Source of the DNA: a virus
Length of the DNA: 64,000 bases
Virus record (IMG/VR): IMGVR_UViG_3300037510_000655
Strand: one strand, 5' to 3'
The notes under the pieces were generated by a model, which was given only the letters and a program-made list of their open reading frames with translations, was not told the DNA's origin and did not search any database. A program made the translations under genes and the position numbers. Below, one piece after another: positions 55,131 to 63,754 of the stretch. Numbering within the stretch: the first letter of the stretch is position 1; every line of letters begins with the position of its first letter.

Positions 55131-56036
55131 CTAGATCAGCCTCAACAGCTTCGACTTCGTCACGGGCTTGAGGCCCTTCTCCGTCATTTCGTAGTACGCC
55201 TTGAGCCCGGACGGGCCGAGACGATTCTTCTCGTGACATTCGAGGACGCGCACCGGCTCGCCCTCTTTCGGATCACCCTCATCGTTATACTCGTAGTGCC
55301 GGTCAAGACGAAGGAGCGTATCGACGTAATGCTGCAACGTCTCGGTGCCGGCGAACTCACCCTGCTTCTCGAGGTGGGTGATGATGATCGCCGCCATCTC
55401 GTTCTCTTTGCAGTAGCTGTTGATCATGTTGGCCACGGCGTTGATCTGCGCAGGTGAGCCTTCGTTACCCTTGGAGTCATCGACGGTCATGGCCTGGATC
55501 GAATCGAAGACACAAAGCGCCGCCTTCAACTCCTTGCAGCGCTGAAGCACGGTGTCGATGTTGTTGGCCTCCTGGTTCTCGTTGCCCATGATCTCGATCT
55601 TGTCGTTGGTGACGCCGATACGGCGAATGTTACGACCAACGTTCTGTGCCGTCTCCTCGCCACTGGCATAGAGCACTCGACGCCCAGTGTTCTTGCTAAC
55701 GCCGTCGCACACCTCAATAAGCAACGTGGTCTTGCCGACGCCGCGTGAGCCGCCGATGAGCGTGGCACAGCCTAGTTCGAGCCCGCCATTCATCACGCGA
55801 TCGAAATCTGGCAAACCCGTCTTGACCACGGTGCCTCCGGCTTCCTTAGCCAATTCGGCAGCCGTCCAACGCTTCTGCTTGTCTTTGGTGACCACCGCAC
55901 CGATACGACGCACGTCGTAGTAGCAGGCGCAGCCGGGGCAGCGCTTCCCTCGCCACGAGATCTCCGACTCGTAGTCGCACGCCTTGTTGCCACTGTCATC
56001 CAGGACCCACTGACCCCCGCATTTGAAAACGGCCAT
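55131..56036 (-). CDS. radA: RadA/Sms-like ATPase lacking the C-terminal Lon-like domain
   Basis: N-terminal Cys finger (CPGC), GGSRGVGKTT, YASGEE, FDSIQ, KNRLG (KNRFG motif). Confidence 0.8.
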   Translation of the reverse strand: MAVFKCGGQWVLDDSGNKACDYESEISWRGKRCPGCACYYDVRRIGAVVTKDKQKRWTAAELAKEAGGTVVKTGLPDFDRVMNGGLELGCATLIGGSRGVGKTTLLIEVCDGVSKNTGRRVLYASGEETAQNVGRNIRRIGVTNDKIEIMGNENQEANNIDTVLQRCKELKAALCVFDSIQAMTVDDSKGNEGSPAQINAVANMINSYCKENEMAAIIITHLEKQGEFAGTETLQHYVDTLLRLDRHYEYNDEGDPKEGEPVRVLECHEKNRLGPSGLKAYYEMTEKGLKPVTKSKLLRLI

Positions 56037-56038
56037 TT

Positions 56039-56395
56039 TCAGCGAGCTGCCAACGCGTCGAGGCCGCGCCCGTACGTGGACTCAGCGACGTCGTCTCGCG
56101 TGGACCGGATGATGCGCCAGAACCCATAGACGCCGGCGAGGGCGACCGCGACCAGCGCTACGTCGATGAGGTCGACACTTCCGACAGGTGCGGCGGCGAC
56201 ACGCGAGCCAACGTGCGCGGCCTTCGACGCAACAGCGTCTCTCCGCATCGTCTCCGTACTGGAGAAGGTTGGAGCGACGTGCGGCTTATGTGCCTCTCGC
56301 TTCTCTCGAACTCGACGCCACCTCTCCAGCTCTGCGTTCGCTGCTTCTGGCCCGCGAGCGATGCGCTTGGCCGTCATCCACGTTTTGGTTTCCAT
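56039..56395 (-). CDS. Single-TM protein carrying the YxxGLDAL motif
   Basis: TM VALVAVALAGVYGFW; ends TYGRGLDALAAR. Confidence 0.55.
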   Translation of the reverse strand: METKTWMTAKRIARGPEAANAELERWRRVREKREAHKPHVAPTFSSTETMRRDAVASKAAHVGSRVAAAPVGSVDLIDVALVAVALAGVYGFWRIIRSTRDDVAESTYGRGLDALAAR

Positions 56396-56453
56396 CGAGC
56401 GCAGAATAGCACACTTGACTCCGGTGCAAGCACGGTGCACTGTTGACACCACT

Positions 56454-56690
56454 GTGGGACTCAAGAACAAAACGACTCGCGTCAACGTACATTTCCCCGA
56501 CAAGTTGATCGCAGCCATCGACGCACACGCGGCGCGCATGACCGCAACGGATCCGGCCGGGCGCACGTATACCCGCGCCGACGCCATGCGAGCGCTGTTA
56601 GTGGCCGGACTCGTGGCGGAGCGCGCAGGGGCCGACCCTGGCCCCGAGGCGTACGAGGGTGCGCCCGCACGCCCCGGGCGCGTGACGTAG
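56454..56690 (+). CDS. CopG/RHH DNA-binding protein
   Basis: TRVNVHFPDKLIAAID..TRADAMRALL. Confidence 0.65.
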   Translation: MGLKNKTTRVNVHFPDKLIAAIDAHAARMTATDPAGRTYTRADAMRALLVAGLVAERAGADPGPEAYEGAPARPGRVT

Positions 56691-56757
56691 CGCGTACCCC
56701 CGTACGCGCGCGTAGGTGGGGCCCCTCACGCGCGAGGCGTACGCGCGTACGCGTAGG
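56691..56757. repeat. Nested TACGCG palindromes
   Basis: CGCGTAC-cccc-GTACGCG; TACGCGCGCGTA; 16-bp GCGTACGCGCGTACGC at 56737-56752. Confidence 0.75.
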
Positions 56758-56812
56758 CCAGGGGAGTGGGGCGTTTTGGCACTCCCGTCGAGGCAAGAAC
56801 GCCACACAGGAC

Positions 56813-56928
56813 CTAACCCCTTGAAATCATTAAGGTTCTCGGCTGTCAGGGCCGATCGGCCGTGAGGCGGTTTGCCACACGGGCTGAAGGTATCCGTTTG
56901 TCCCACACCAATGATTTCAATAGGTTAG
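56813..56928. repeat. 19-bp inverted repeat (17/19 match); each arm is a near-consensus IHF site
   Basis: CTAACCCCTTGAAATCATT (56813-56831) and AATGATTTCAATAGGTTAG (56910-56928); cores TTTCAA-N4-TTA versus WATCAANNNNTTR. Confidence 0.7.
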
Positions 56929-57128
56929 CCCGGTGCAGACTTGGCACCGACCATGCACTAGTCCCCAATCACGAACGGCAACGCGAAAGCGAGCAGGGGC
57001 GTCGGGCCCCGGGGACAGGGACACTAGCAGGGGCATCGGGCCCCGGGCGATGCGTAAGCGGGTGTGAGCCGCGACGCAGGTGCAGATCGGGAGCGGCTAC
57101 CGTAGGGCCGTGTACCGGCGCGCTTTCT

Positions 57129-57156
57129 TTGACAACTGAATAGCCGATCACGTAAT
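57129..57156 (+). promoter_or_regulatory. Sigma70-type promoter facing the small-gene array
   Basis: TTGACA-16 nt-CGTAAT in a non-coding region. Confidence 0.55.
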
Positions 57157-57687
57157 CCAGGGCCAAGCCAGGCCCTAAACCCGAGAATCGAAAACTCGTG
57201 TTTCATGCGGTCCGAGGGACATAACGTGCGCTGATTTGCCTACGGGTAATCTGAGCGCTTTCGAAGCGGCAGCGCCGCTAAACGTTGATGCTAACTTGAG
57301 TGGATCGCGCTCCTGATGACGTCCTAGCCAGGGCCATGCGCCCGACGCGGAGCGAGCGAGTCAGAAATTCTCGTCACAACGTAAAATACCAAAGCCCCAT
57401 CTCGGGGCACGCCAATAGGCAACAGATTGCGAGCCGCAACATCCGGGCGCGCAATCGCTGACTGAAGGCAACGCGCTAGCACTGCTACCACCTGCGAATG
57501 CGTTGCCCCGTCACTAAAACCGGAAACCGCATCTAGTTCCCGCTTTCAGTGACGGAGGCTCTTCAGTGACTGACAACGATATCCCACCTGACGAATTTGA
57601 CGACGAGCCTACTACCCGCGAGATTCCGCGCGAAACGATGGCAGCGCTCGTTTTCGGTGTCGGGTACAATCACAACCGAGGCGACCA

Positions 57688-58074
57688 ATGAAAAAGCTGC
57701 TCGCAGGCTTCGGCCTTCTCCTCGCATCAGGGTGCGCCGACGGTTCACTCGGTGCAGCGCCCGACAGCTTCACCACTGATTCCACACACCCGACCGTCTA
57801 CGCCGTGACGATCGACTGCGGCGCCTTCCAGTGCCCCTACGGCAAGCTGGGGCGCTACGTGTTCCTGGAACGCAACGCAGCGAGGGCGGCGCAGCGGTTC
57901 AGCGACGCGGGCAAAGACTTCTACGCCGCGAATCCCGACATCCCGCTTACCAGCGTCTCCGTCGGCGACGCATGGGACGGCAAGGCAGCGCGCGCTGTCC
58001 ACATCGCGGTGAGCAACGGTCCGGGCAACGGCTACAGCAATGCGGCTTTCTTCCTCGACATGACTAGCCTCTAA
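57688..58074 (+). CDS. Lipoprotein
   Basis: MKKLLAGFGLLLASGC lipobox. Confidence 0.65.
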   Translation: MKKLLAGFGLLLASGCADGSLGAAPDSFTTDSTHPTVYAVTIDCGAFQCPYGKLGRYVFLERNAARAAQRFSDAGKDFYAANPDIPLTSVSVGDAWDGKAARAVHIAVSNGPGNGYSNAAFFLDMTSL

Positions 58075-58141
58075 TTCCTCGGCGAGGAAACTCGCCCCTC
58101 TACCTGGCGCGCTTGACGGCGCGCGAGGCGGAGGTATCGCT

Positions 58142-58654
58142 ATGCTCAGACTTCAAGCGCAACTCTCGACCTTCACCGAAGGCGTTGTGTTCAAGCGCGG
58201 CAACCGTCGCCACAAGGCGCGCCTCGGCGAGATCGAAGCGTCCGCAAAGACGGAGCGCGAGGCGCAAGATGCGCTCGCGTTGGCAGTGCAGACCGCCATC
58301 GAGAACATGGGGCGACCCCTGCTCATGTTCGATCTCGTCGAACCGGGCAAGATGTGGCACGCGCACCAAAACAGCAGCGGCTCGTGGTGGTACACGATCG
58401 TGCGCCGCGCCCCTGTCACGATCCTCAGCGGCGCGATGTGTGAGGGCGGCAGTTGCGGCTCGTGGAAGACGCGCGATGAGGCTATCGAGCACATGCGCGC
58501 GCACTGGTATCAGTGCAACATCGAGCCGATCGTGATGGGCATCGTGGCGCTGTGTACCGGATATCGGCAGTGGATATGCAAGAAATGCCGATACGTACAG
58601 CACGGGCACGAGCCGTACGTCTGCACTGCGCCCGGTTGCGGCGCACGTCGATAA
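58142..58654 (+). CDS. Hypothetical protein with a C-terminal rubredoxin-like Zn/Fe ribbon
   Basis: GGAGG RBS; WICKKCRY..CTAPGCG. Confidence 0.6.
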   Translation: MLRLQAQLSTFTEGVVFKRGNRRHKARLGEIEASAKTEREAQDALALAVQTAIENMGRPLLMFDLVEPGKMWHAHQNSSGSWWYTIVRRAPVTILSGAMCEGGSCGSWKTRDEAIEHMRAHWYQCNIEPIVMGIVALCTGYRQWICKKCRYVQHGHEPYVCTAPGCGARR

Positions 58655-58722
58655 CGAGATGGGCGAGCACCCGCGGCTCGCCCCTCCTCGTGAGCGCTTC
58701 GGCGCTGACGAGGAGGATTCCC

Positions 58723-59352
58723 ATGATCACAGCAGAAGCAATCGCTCGCGCCCTCGCGTCTGACGAGATGGCCACGGCCATCGAGACCGCGATCGAGCGC
58801 CAGCAAGTGGAATACATCTACGGTCTGACCGGTGGCGAATTGAACGATTCGCCGCTGCGGTACTGGTCCGAGGATGACTCCGAGGGATTCTGCCGCTACC
58901 ACTACGACGGTGTTCCCGAGTGGGCGACGGAAGACTTCAAAGACGCCAACTGCCGCAACGTCGACTACTTCACCACGATCAACATCGACAACCCCTACGG
59001 GTGGTTTGCACAGTCGATGCGCATGGCCGACGGCCGCGTCTACCACCTCGTCAAGACCTACGCGAGCGGCGGGGAGGCGGAGTGCCCGTGCAGCTCGTCC
59101 GGCTGTGACGAGAAAGTCGGCGAGGGCTGCACCAAAGGATACGTCGAGTGCCCGCTGTGTGAGGCTACCGAAGGCGAGGATCACGGCATGATCTACCTGG
59201 GCACGGGTAGCGAAGCCGTGTACAAGCACGTCGAATTCGAATGCGCGGAGTGCTCGGAAACGCGCGCCGACTGCGTCATCGGATACGTCGGCGAGACCTA
59301 TACGGATCTCTTCGGCATGTGCAGCTGCGACGACAGCAACCCGGAAGCATAA
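58723..59352 (+). CDS. Acidic Cys-rich hypothetical protein
   Basis: GAGGAGG RBS; several CxxC pairs. Confidence 0.6.
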   Translation: MITAEAIARALASDEMATAIETAIERQQVEYIYGLTGGELNDSPLRYWSEDDSEGFCRYHYDGVPEWATEDFKDANCRNVDYFTTINIDNPYGWFAQSMRMADGRVYHLVKTYASGGEAECPCSSSGCDEKVGEGCTKGYVECPLCEATEGEDHGMIYLGTGSEAVYKHVEFECAECSETRADCVIGYVGETYTDLFGMCSCDDSNPEA

Positions 59353-59377
59353 AACGAGAACACGCGAGGGTGCGCCC

Positions 59378-59461
59378 CTCGCCGACGGCCTATCGCGACC
59401 CTCCGCCAATTCTCCGAGCGATCGGGTGTGGAGCGGGTGTAAGTGACGGGCCGTCGGCGAG
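59378..59461 (+). ncRNA. Structured cis-RNA motif, copy 1
   Basis: 13-bp closing stem CTCGCCGACGGCC/GGCCGTCGGCGAG; inner CCGA-GCGA-TCGG GNRA hairpin; 3' arm overlaps the GAGGTG RBS. Confidence 0.65.
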
Positions 59462-59842
59462 GTGCACACGTGACACACAAAAATACCGAGGAGCCGAAGT
59501 GCCGTGCCTGCGGTAAGACGCTGGCGCAGTGTAATGATCGGCCCGAGTGCTCGGAAACGAACGATTACGAGCACGACATTCCTGGCTATCGAATGGTAAC
59601 CACGGTGACTCCGATCAAAAAGGAGCGCGCGTGAACCGGTTTCAGCGCGAGCTGGCGAACAAAATTCGCCGCGGTCAAGCCGTCGGCAATCTCTACGTGG
59701 TGACGCAGCGGCCGATCGGCAACTCCACGATCACCGCCTCGTTCGACACCGAGGAGGAGCGCGATGCATTCATCGAGTGCGCCGAGCGCAGCGACTTCGC
59801 GACCACGGGGCTGATCTTCCCGACGGTACAGGAGAGCTAGCC

Positions 59843-60013
59843 ATGGCGAACGAGGCGCGCAAGGCAACAAACAAGCTCCTGGATATGGTCGACGACGGCG
59901 TACTTGACGCGCGAAAGGTGCTCCTGTCCGCGCTCAACTACATGTCCGAGGCGGACGTCGCCGACATGGCCAGTTGCGAGGGTTTCATCGAGGACGAAGA
60001 GGAATCCGAATAG
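59843..60013 (+). CDS. Small phage-type hypothetical protein
   Basis: RKATNKLLDMVDDGVLD..LNYMSEADVADM, a pattern I recall from other phages. Confidence 0.6.
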   Translation: MANEARKATNKLLDMVDDGVLDARKVLLSALNYMSEADVADMASCEGFIEDEEESE

Positions 60014-60039
60014 GAGTAGCAGCGAGCGCGCGCCTCGCG

Positions 60040-60120
60040 CGCCGACGGCCTATCGCGACCCTCCGCCAAGCTCCGAGCAATCGGGTGTGACGCGGGTGTA
60101 AGTGATGGACCGTCGGCGAG
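60040..60120 (+). ncRNA. Structured cis-RNA motif, copy 2
   Basis: About 7 differences over ~81 nt from copy 1; loop GCAA is still GNRA; followed by GAGGTG RBS and ATG 60132. Confidence 0.65.
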
Positions 60121-60131
60121 TGAGGTGCAGC

Positions 60132-60644
60132 ATGAAAATCATCCGCCAGCGCGAGCGCATCGAATCCGTCTCCTACACGCGCCAGTTCGATTACGAGCAC
60201 GATCCCGGCGCCGGCTTCGGCTTCGACTGCGACGAGCACGGCAACGTCAACGTCGACAAACTCAACTCGTGTGCGCGCAAGAATTACGAGGACTGCTTGC
60301 GCGGCCACGTGGTGCTGCGCCGCTGTGCGCAGTATGTGATCGGCCGCGACGCCGAAGGTGAGACCGTCTACATGCTCATCCCCGGCAGCGGCTACCTGAC
60401 CAAGGTCAAGATGGTCGACCTGGGTGTGCAGACGCACCGTCACAGCTACATGCAGCCCGCCGTCGGGGTGTGCGCGTGCGGCGCGCACGTCGAGCTGGAC
60501 CGCTTCACGAACACGTGCGAGTGCGGCCGCGACTACAACAGCTCCGGCCAGCTACTCGCACCCCGCGAATTCTGGGGCGAGGAGACGGGCGAGTCGGTGA
60601 GCGATATTCTGATGGCGGACGTCGACGCGTTCGGCGGCGAGTAG
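60132..60644 (+). CDS. Hypothetical protein with a Zn ribbon
   Basis: CACG..CECGRDYN-x-SGQLL. Confidence 0.6.
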   Translation: MKIIRQRERIESVSYTRQFDYEHDPGAGFGFDCDEHGNVNVDKLNSCARKNYEDCLRGHVVLRRCAQYVIGRDAEGETVYMLIPGSGYLTKVKMVDLGVQTHRHSYMQPAVGVCACGAHVELDRFTNTCECGRDYNSSGQLLAPREFWGEETGESVSDILMADVDAFGGE

Positions 60645-61075
60645 CCGTGACCATCGTCAAACGCACCGCGCTCAAGAGCGAGATCGTCTACACCGTCGAG
60701 CGCGAGGGTATCCTCTGCACCGCAGTCGTGGACTTCTACACGCGCCGCGACGGCAGCAAGGCCCCGCGCCTAGGCGTCGTCACGAGCTGCGGGAAGCTGA
60801 TCCGCAGCACCAAAGCGCGCGAGGAGATCGCCGCGCTGGTGCTGCCGGACGCGGAAAGGAACATGCCATGACGCGGCTCTATCACGTGCTCGCCGTTAAC
60901 GATCGGACGCACACAAAAGTGTACATGACGGCCACGCCGATCGAACACAGCCCGGCGTGCGTCTTCCTGTCCAAAATGACGCCGTATCCGAAACACCCGC
61001 ACCTCCGCTACCAGCTCGAGGAGCTGGGCAGCCCTCACCCGTACGAAAACCGCGACGTGGCCTGGGAGATCGCCG

Positions 61076-61357
61076 ATGGCTGAGACCCCCGAACAAACCA
61101 AAGCCCGCCACAAGACCAAAGACGAGGAGTACGCGCGCAATGCGCGCCTCAGCAAATGGCCGATGTTCGAGTGCCGCGCCTGCGTCCGCTACGCCTGCAT
61201 CAAGTGCAGCTATTGGACGCCCGAGACGCTCACACCCGCGGTCAAGTGCCCGCAGTGCGCCTCTGCCCTGCAGCAGACGCTGGTGTGCTGCAAGCGAGTG
61301 GGGCACCACGTCGGCGACTGCTGCACCCACTGCGGCAATGACGAGCGGAAGCTGTGA
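61076..61357 (+). CDS. Cys-rich small protein
   Basis: CRAC, CIKC, CPQC, CTHC. Confidence 0.55.
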   Translation: MAETPEQTKARHKTKDEEYARNARLSKWPMFECRACVRYACIKCSYWTPETLTPAVKCPQCASALQQTLVCCKRVGHHVGDCCTHCGNDERKL

Positions 61358-61634
61358 GCACGACGGAGGGCACGACGATGACGAAATGTCGGCAAGAGCA
61401 AGACCCAAAGTACCGTTTTGTCGACGGCAAATGTGAAGCTTACAAGCCGCTCTGTCCAGACTCGGCACGCTACACGACGGTTCTCGGAGAGCGCCGCTGT
61501 CTTCGGCACGCAAAGATGGATCAACCTACTCAACGAGTAGTGAACGCGTTTATCTCGTTCATCCGCGGTGCGCTTGACTGCGATTAGTCCCTGCACAGCG
61601 CGCCCGGTGCGACGGACGCGCGATGGAGGGATCT

Positions 61635-62024
61635 ATGAGCCTCAAAGAGCGCCGCAAGCGCATCGACAAGCACATCTCGCAGCTGCGCATGATCTTCCCC
61701 GCGCTGCTGCGCCAGCCCGACCACATCATCGAGGGCCGGCTCTACCACCACGAGCGGCGCGCCCACCGCGCGGCCGAGCGGCTGTGCAATGACTCCAGCT
61801 ACGGGAACGAGAGATACGAGCGCGACGTCGAGCCGATCAAGGCCGAGCTGCGCCGCTTCCTCGGTCTCGACGAGACCAAGATCCGCGTGATCGTCAACGG
61901 CGACCCGCGCGGCTACGCACTCAAGATCGACGACGACGATATCCGCGCCCTGTACGAGAAGGGTGTGAACTTCGATCACCGCGACTGGGGCGGCTACGGG
62001 ATCATCTGGCCCGACTTCGACTAG
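61635..62024 (+). CDS. Phage-type hypothetical protein
   Basis: GGAGG RBS; NGDPRGYALKI..DWGGYGII-x-P. Confidence 0.6.
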   Translation: MSLKERRKRIDKHISQLRMIFPALLRQPDHIIEGRLYHHERRAHRAAERLCNDSSYGNERYERDVEPIKAELRRFLGLDETKIRVIVNGDPRGYALKIDDDDIRALYEKGVNFDHRDWGGYGIIWPDFD

Positions 62025-62669
62025 GAGCCCGCCATGCGCGAGCAGTGCGCCCCGGCCGAGCTGTTCCCCGACACGCCCACGCGCCCGCAGGATCTGACGT
62101 GGGTGTTGTTCGAGGCCGACCTGATGCCGCTCGTTGAGGACATCGCCTGCAAACTGGAGAGCGAGACCCCGCGCATGCTGAGGTACCAGTGCGCGCTGTG
62201 GGTCCTGTAGAGGAGACGATCATGAAATTCAAGCTGCTCACTTTCCAAGACGAGGACGTCCTCGGCGGCGCCGTTGCCCTCGGGAACGCCTACATCAGCG
62301 CGTACGGGATGCTCGTCCGCGGCAAACCCCCGGCCAAGCTGGCCGTCGGCGAGTCGTGCGTTAAGCGCTACGCATTGTCAGGGCAGATGCCGACCGAGTA
62401 CAAGATCGTCCGAGTCGAGTAGATTTCTCGCGGGAGTCGCCTCCCGCCCGGGCGCGCGCTCACTAGAGCGCGCACGCGTGCGAGGTGCGAACCATGCCGA
62501 TCAAAATTGGTTACGACGGGCCAAACAAGTGCCCGATCTGCGACGAGCCGATGCTCTCCTGGTTTCATCTCGAAACCCACGAGTACGAGCTGAAGCAGCG
62601 CGCGAAGAACCCGACCGACCGCGTGATCCTCGAATTGAAGAACTACGGCTGTGTAGTGAGGAGCGAACC

Positions 62670-62928
62670 ATGAAAACGCTTGCTGACGTCCGACGCTTGA
62701 TGGTGCCGGGCACCGAAGTCTACGTGACCAACCACATCCGCCCGTAAGCCAGCGGCCCTCGCGTAGTCGAGAAGAACCAGACCAAAGACATCGCCTGGAA
62801 ATTGCCGGACGGCAAGGTCACCTGGCTCAAGTGGCCGAAGGCGAGCGAGATCGAGATCGTCGCTCTCGACAAGGTGACCTTCCTCGTCGAGGGCAAGCCG
62901 TTCGTGACGATCAGATTTCCCACGCTGA
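62670..62928 (+). pseudogene. Small gene interrupted by an in-frame TAA at 62745-62747 (end coordinate approximate)
   Basis: MKTLADVRRLMVPGTEVYVTNHIRP*ASGPRVVEKNQTKDIAWKLPDGKVTWLKWPKA reads as one protein across the stop; the natural stop is unclear. Confidence 0.5.
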
Positions 62929-63028
62929 CGCCTCCGTGCGCCGCGACCATGGGGCGCCTCTGCGCCGGGCACGCGCGCGCGCGCGCGGGGCTGCGGCGAA
63001 CGAGCCCTGCAACACTATGGAGTAGCCC

Positions 63029-63310
63029 ATGCCCCGCATCTACCACTACGCGACCGACCTCAAGGACTTCTGCGCCGCTCGCGAGCGCGGCGAGCTGTGC
63101 GAGATCGACCACGCCATGTACATGTACTACCTGGAGGTGCTGCCGCCGGTCATGTGGCAGCGCCACGTTGTCCTGTCCGACGGCACGGCGCGCTACGCCG
63201 ACTTCGGATTCGCCGAGGGTATGGAGCCCATCATCGCCTTCTGGCAGACGCGCGAGCCGTTCGTGCGCTACTTCGCGCAGCGGACCAAGTTCATGAATAA
63301 GGGAGGCTAG
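63029..63310 (+). CDS. Phage-type hypothetical protein
   Basis: GGAG RBS; EID..MY-x-YYLEVLPP. Confidence 0.6.
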   Translation: MPRIYHYATDLKDFCAARERGELCEIDHAMYMYYLEVLPPVMWQRHVVLSDGTARYADFGFAEGMEPIIAFWQTREPFVRYFAQRTKFMNKGG

Positions 63311-63395
63311 ACGACCATGAAAAACGCCGGCTAATCCCCGGCACCCCGCAGCGTGCGCTCGCAGATCGGCGCTGCGGACTAAAGGAGGCAGCCGG

Positions 63396-63743
63396 ATGCA
63401 CCCCGACATCACCGAATTCATGCCCGACGCCAACGGCTCACGGCGTCGACAGATCAAGATCGACGGCATCACCGTGCACATCGAGCCGCACGAGGACGAC
63501 ACCGCCGCCAAGCGCCTGGCACTCCACCTCATCGGCGCCGACAAGCAGCGCATCTTCAGCCCCGGCTACGTTCGCATGCACGGCAAGCTGGTGTGGCTGC
63601 TGGGCTCCCGCGAGAAGGGTTGGTCCGCGTTCGGCTACCCCTTCGCCGGCTGGGATCCCCTCTTCCGCCGCTTCGATGTCATCGTCACGGAAGTCGGCTC
63701 CGACGAGCACGGCCCGTGGTGGAAAGTCGAAAACAGAACCTAA
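63396..63743 (+). CDS. Hypothetical protein
   Basis: AAGGAGG RBS. Confidence 0.6.
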   Translation: MHPDITEFMPDANGSRRRQIKIDGITVHIEPHEDDTAAKRLALHLIGADKQRIFSPGYVRMHGKLVWLLGSREKGWSAFGYPFAGWDPLFRRFDVIVTEVGSDEHGPWWKVENRT

Positions 63744-63754
63744 AGGAATAGCCC

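Noticed and set aside
57310-57385. CTGATGA followed later by GAAA, suggestive of a hammerhead ribozyme
   Set aside because: Stem II does not close directly onto GAAA, and I could not build stems I and III with a UH cleavage triplet.
59378-60120. Repeat pair as a CRISPR array or integron attC sites
   Set aside because: Only two copies, about 80 nt long and 660 nt apart with genes between; no cas genes; no RYYYAAC/GTTRRRY cores.
62222-62422. DVLG in a small early-region ORF (and EVLG in 12366) as members of the cleavage-motif set
   Set aside because: Isolated hits outside the structural operon, without the companion motifs; consistent with background frequency.
62745-62747. Genome-wide stop-codon reassignment
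   Set aside because: TAA, TAG and TGA all terminate well-defined genes here (e.g. TAA at 570, 54889 and 58074; TAG for dcd; many ATGA overlaps). This is a single isolated case.
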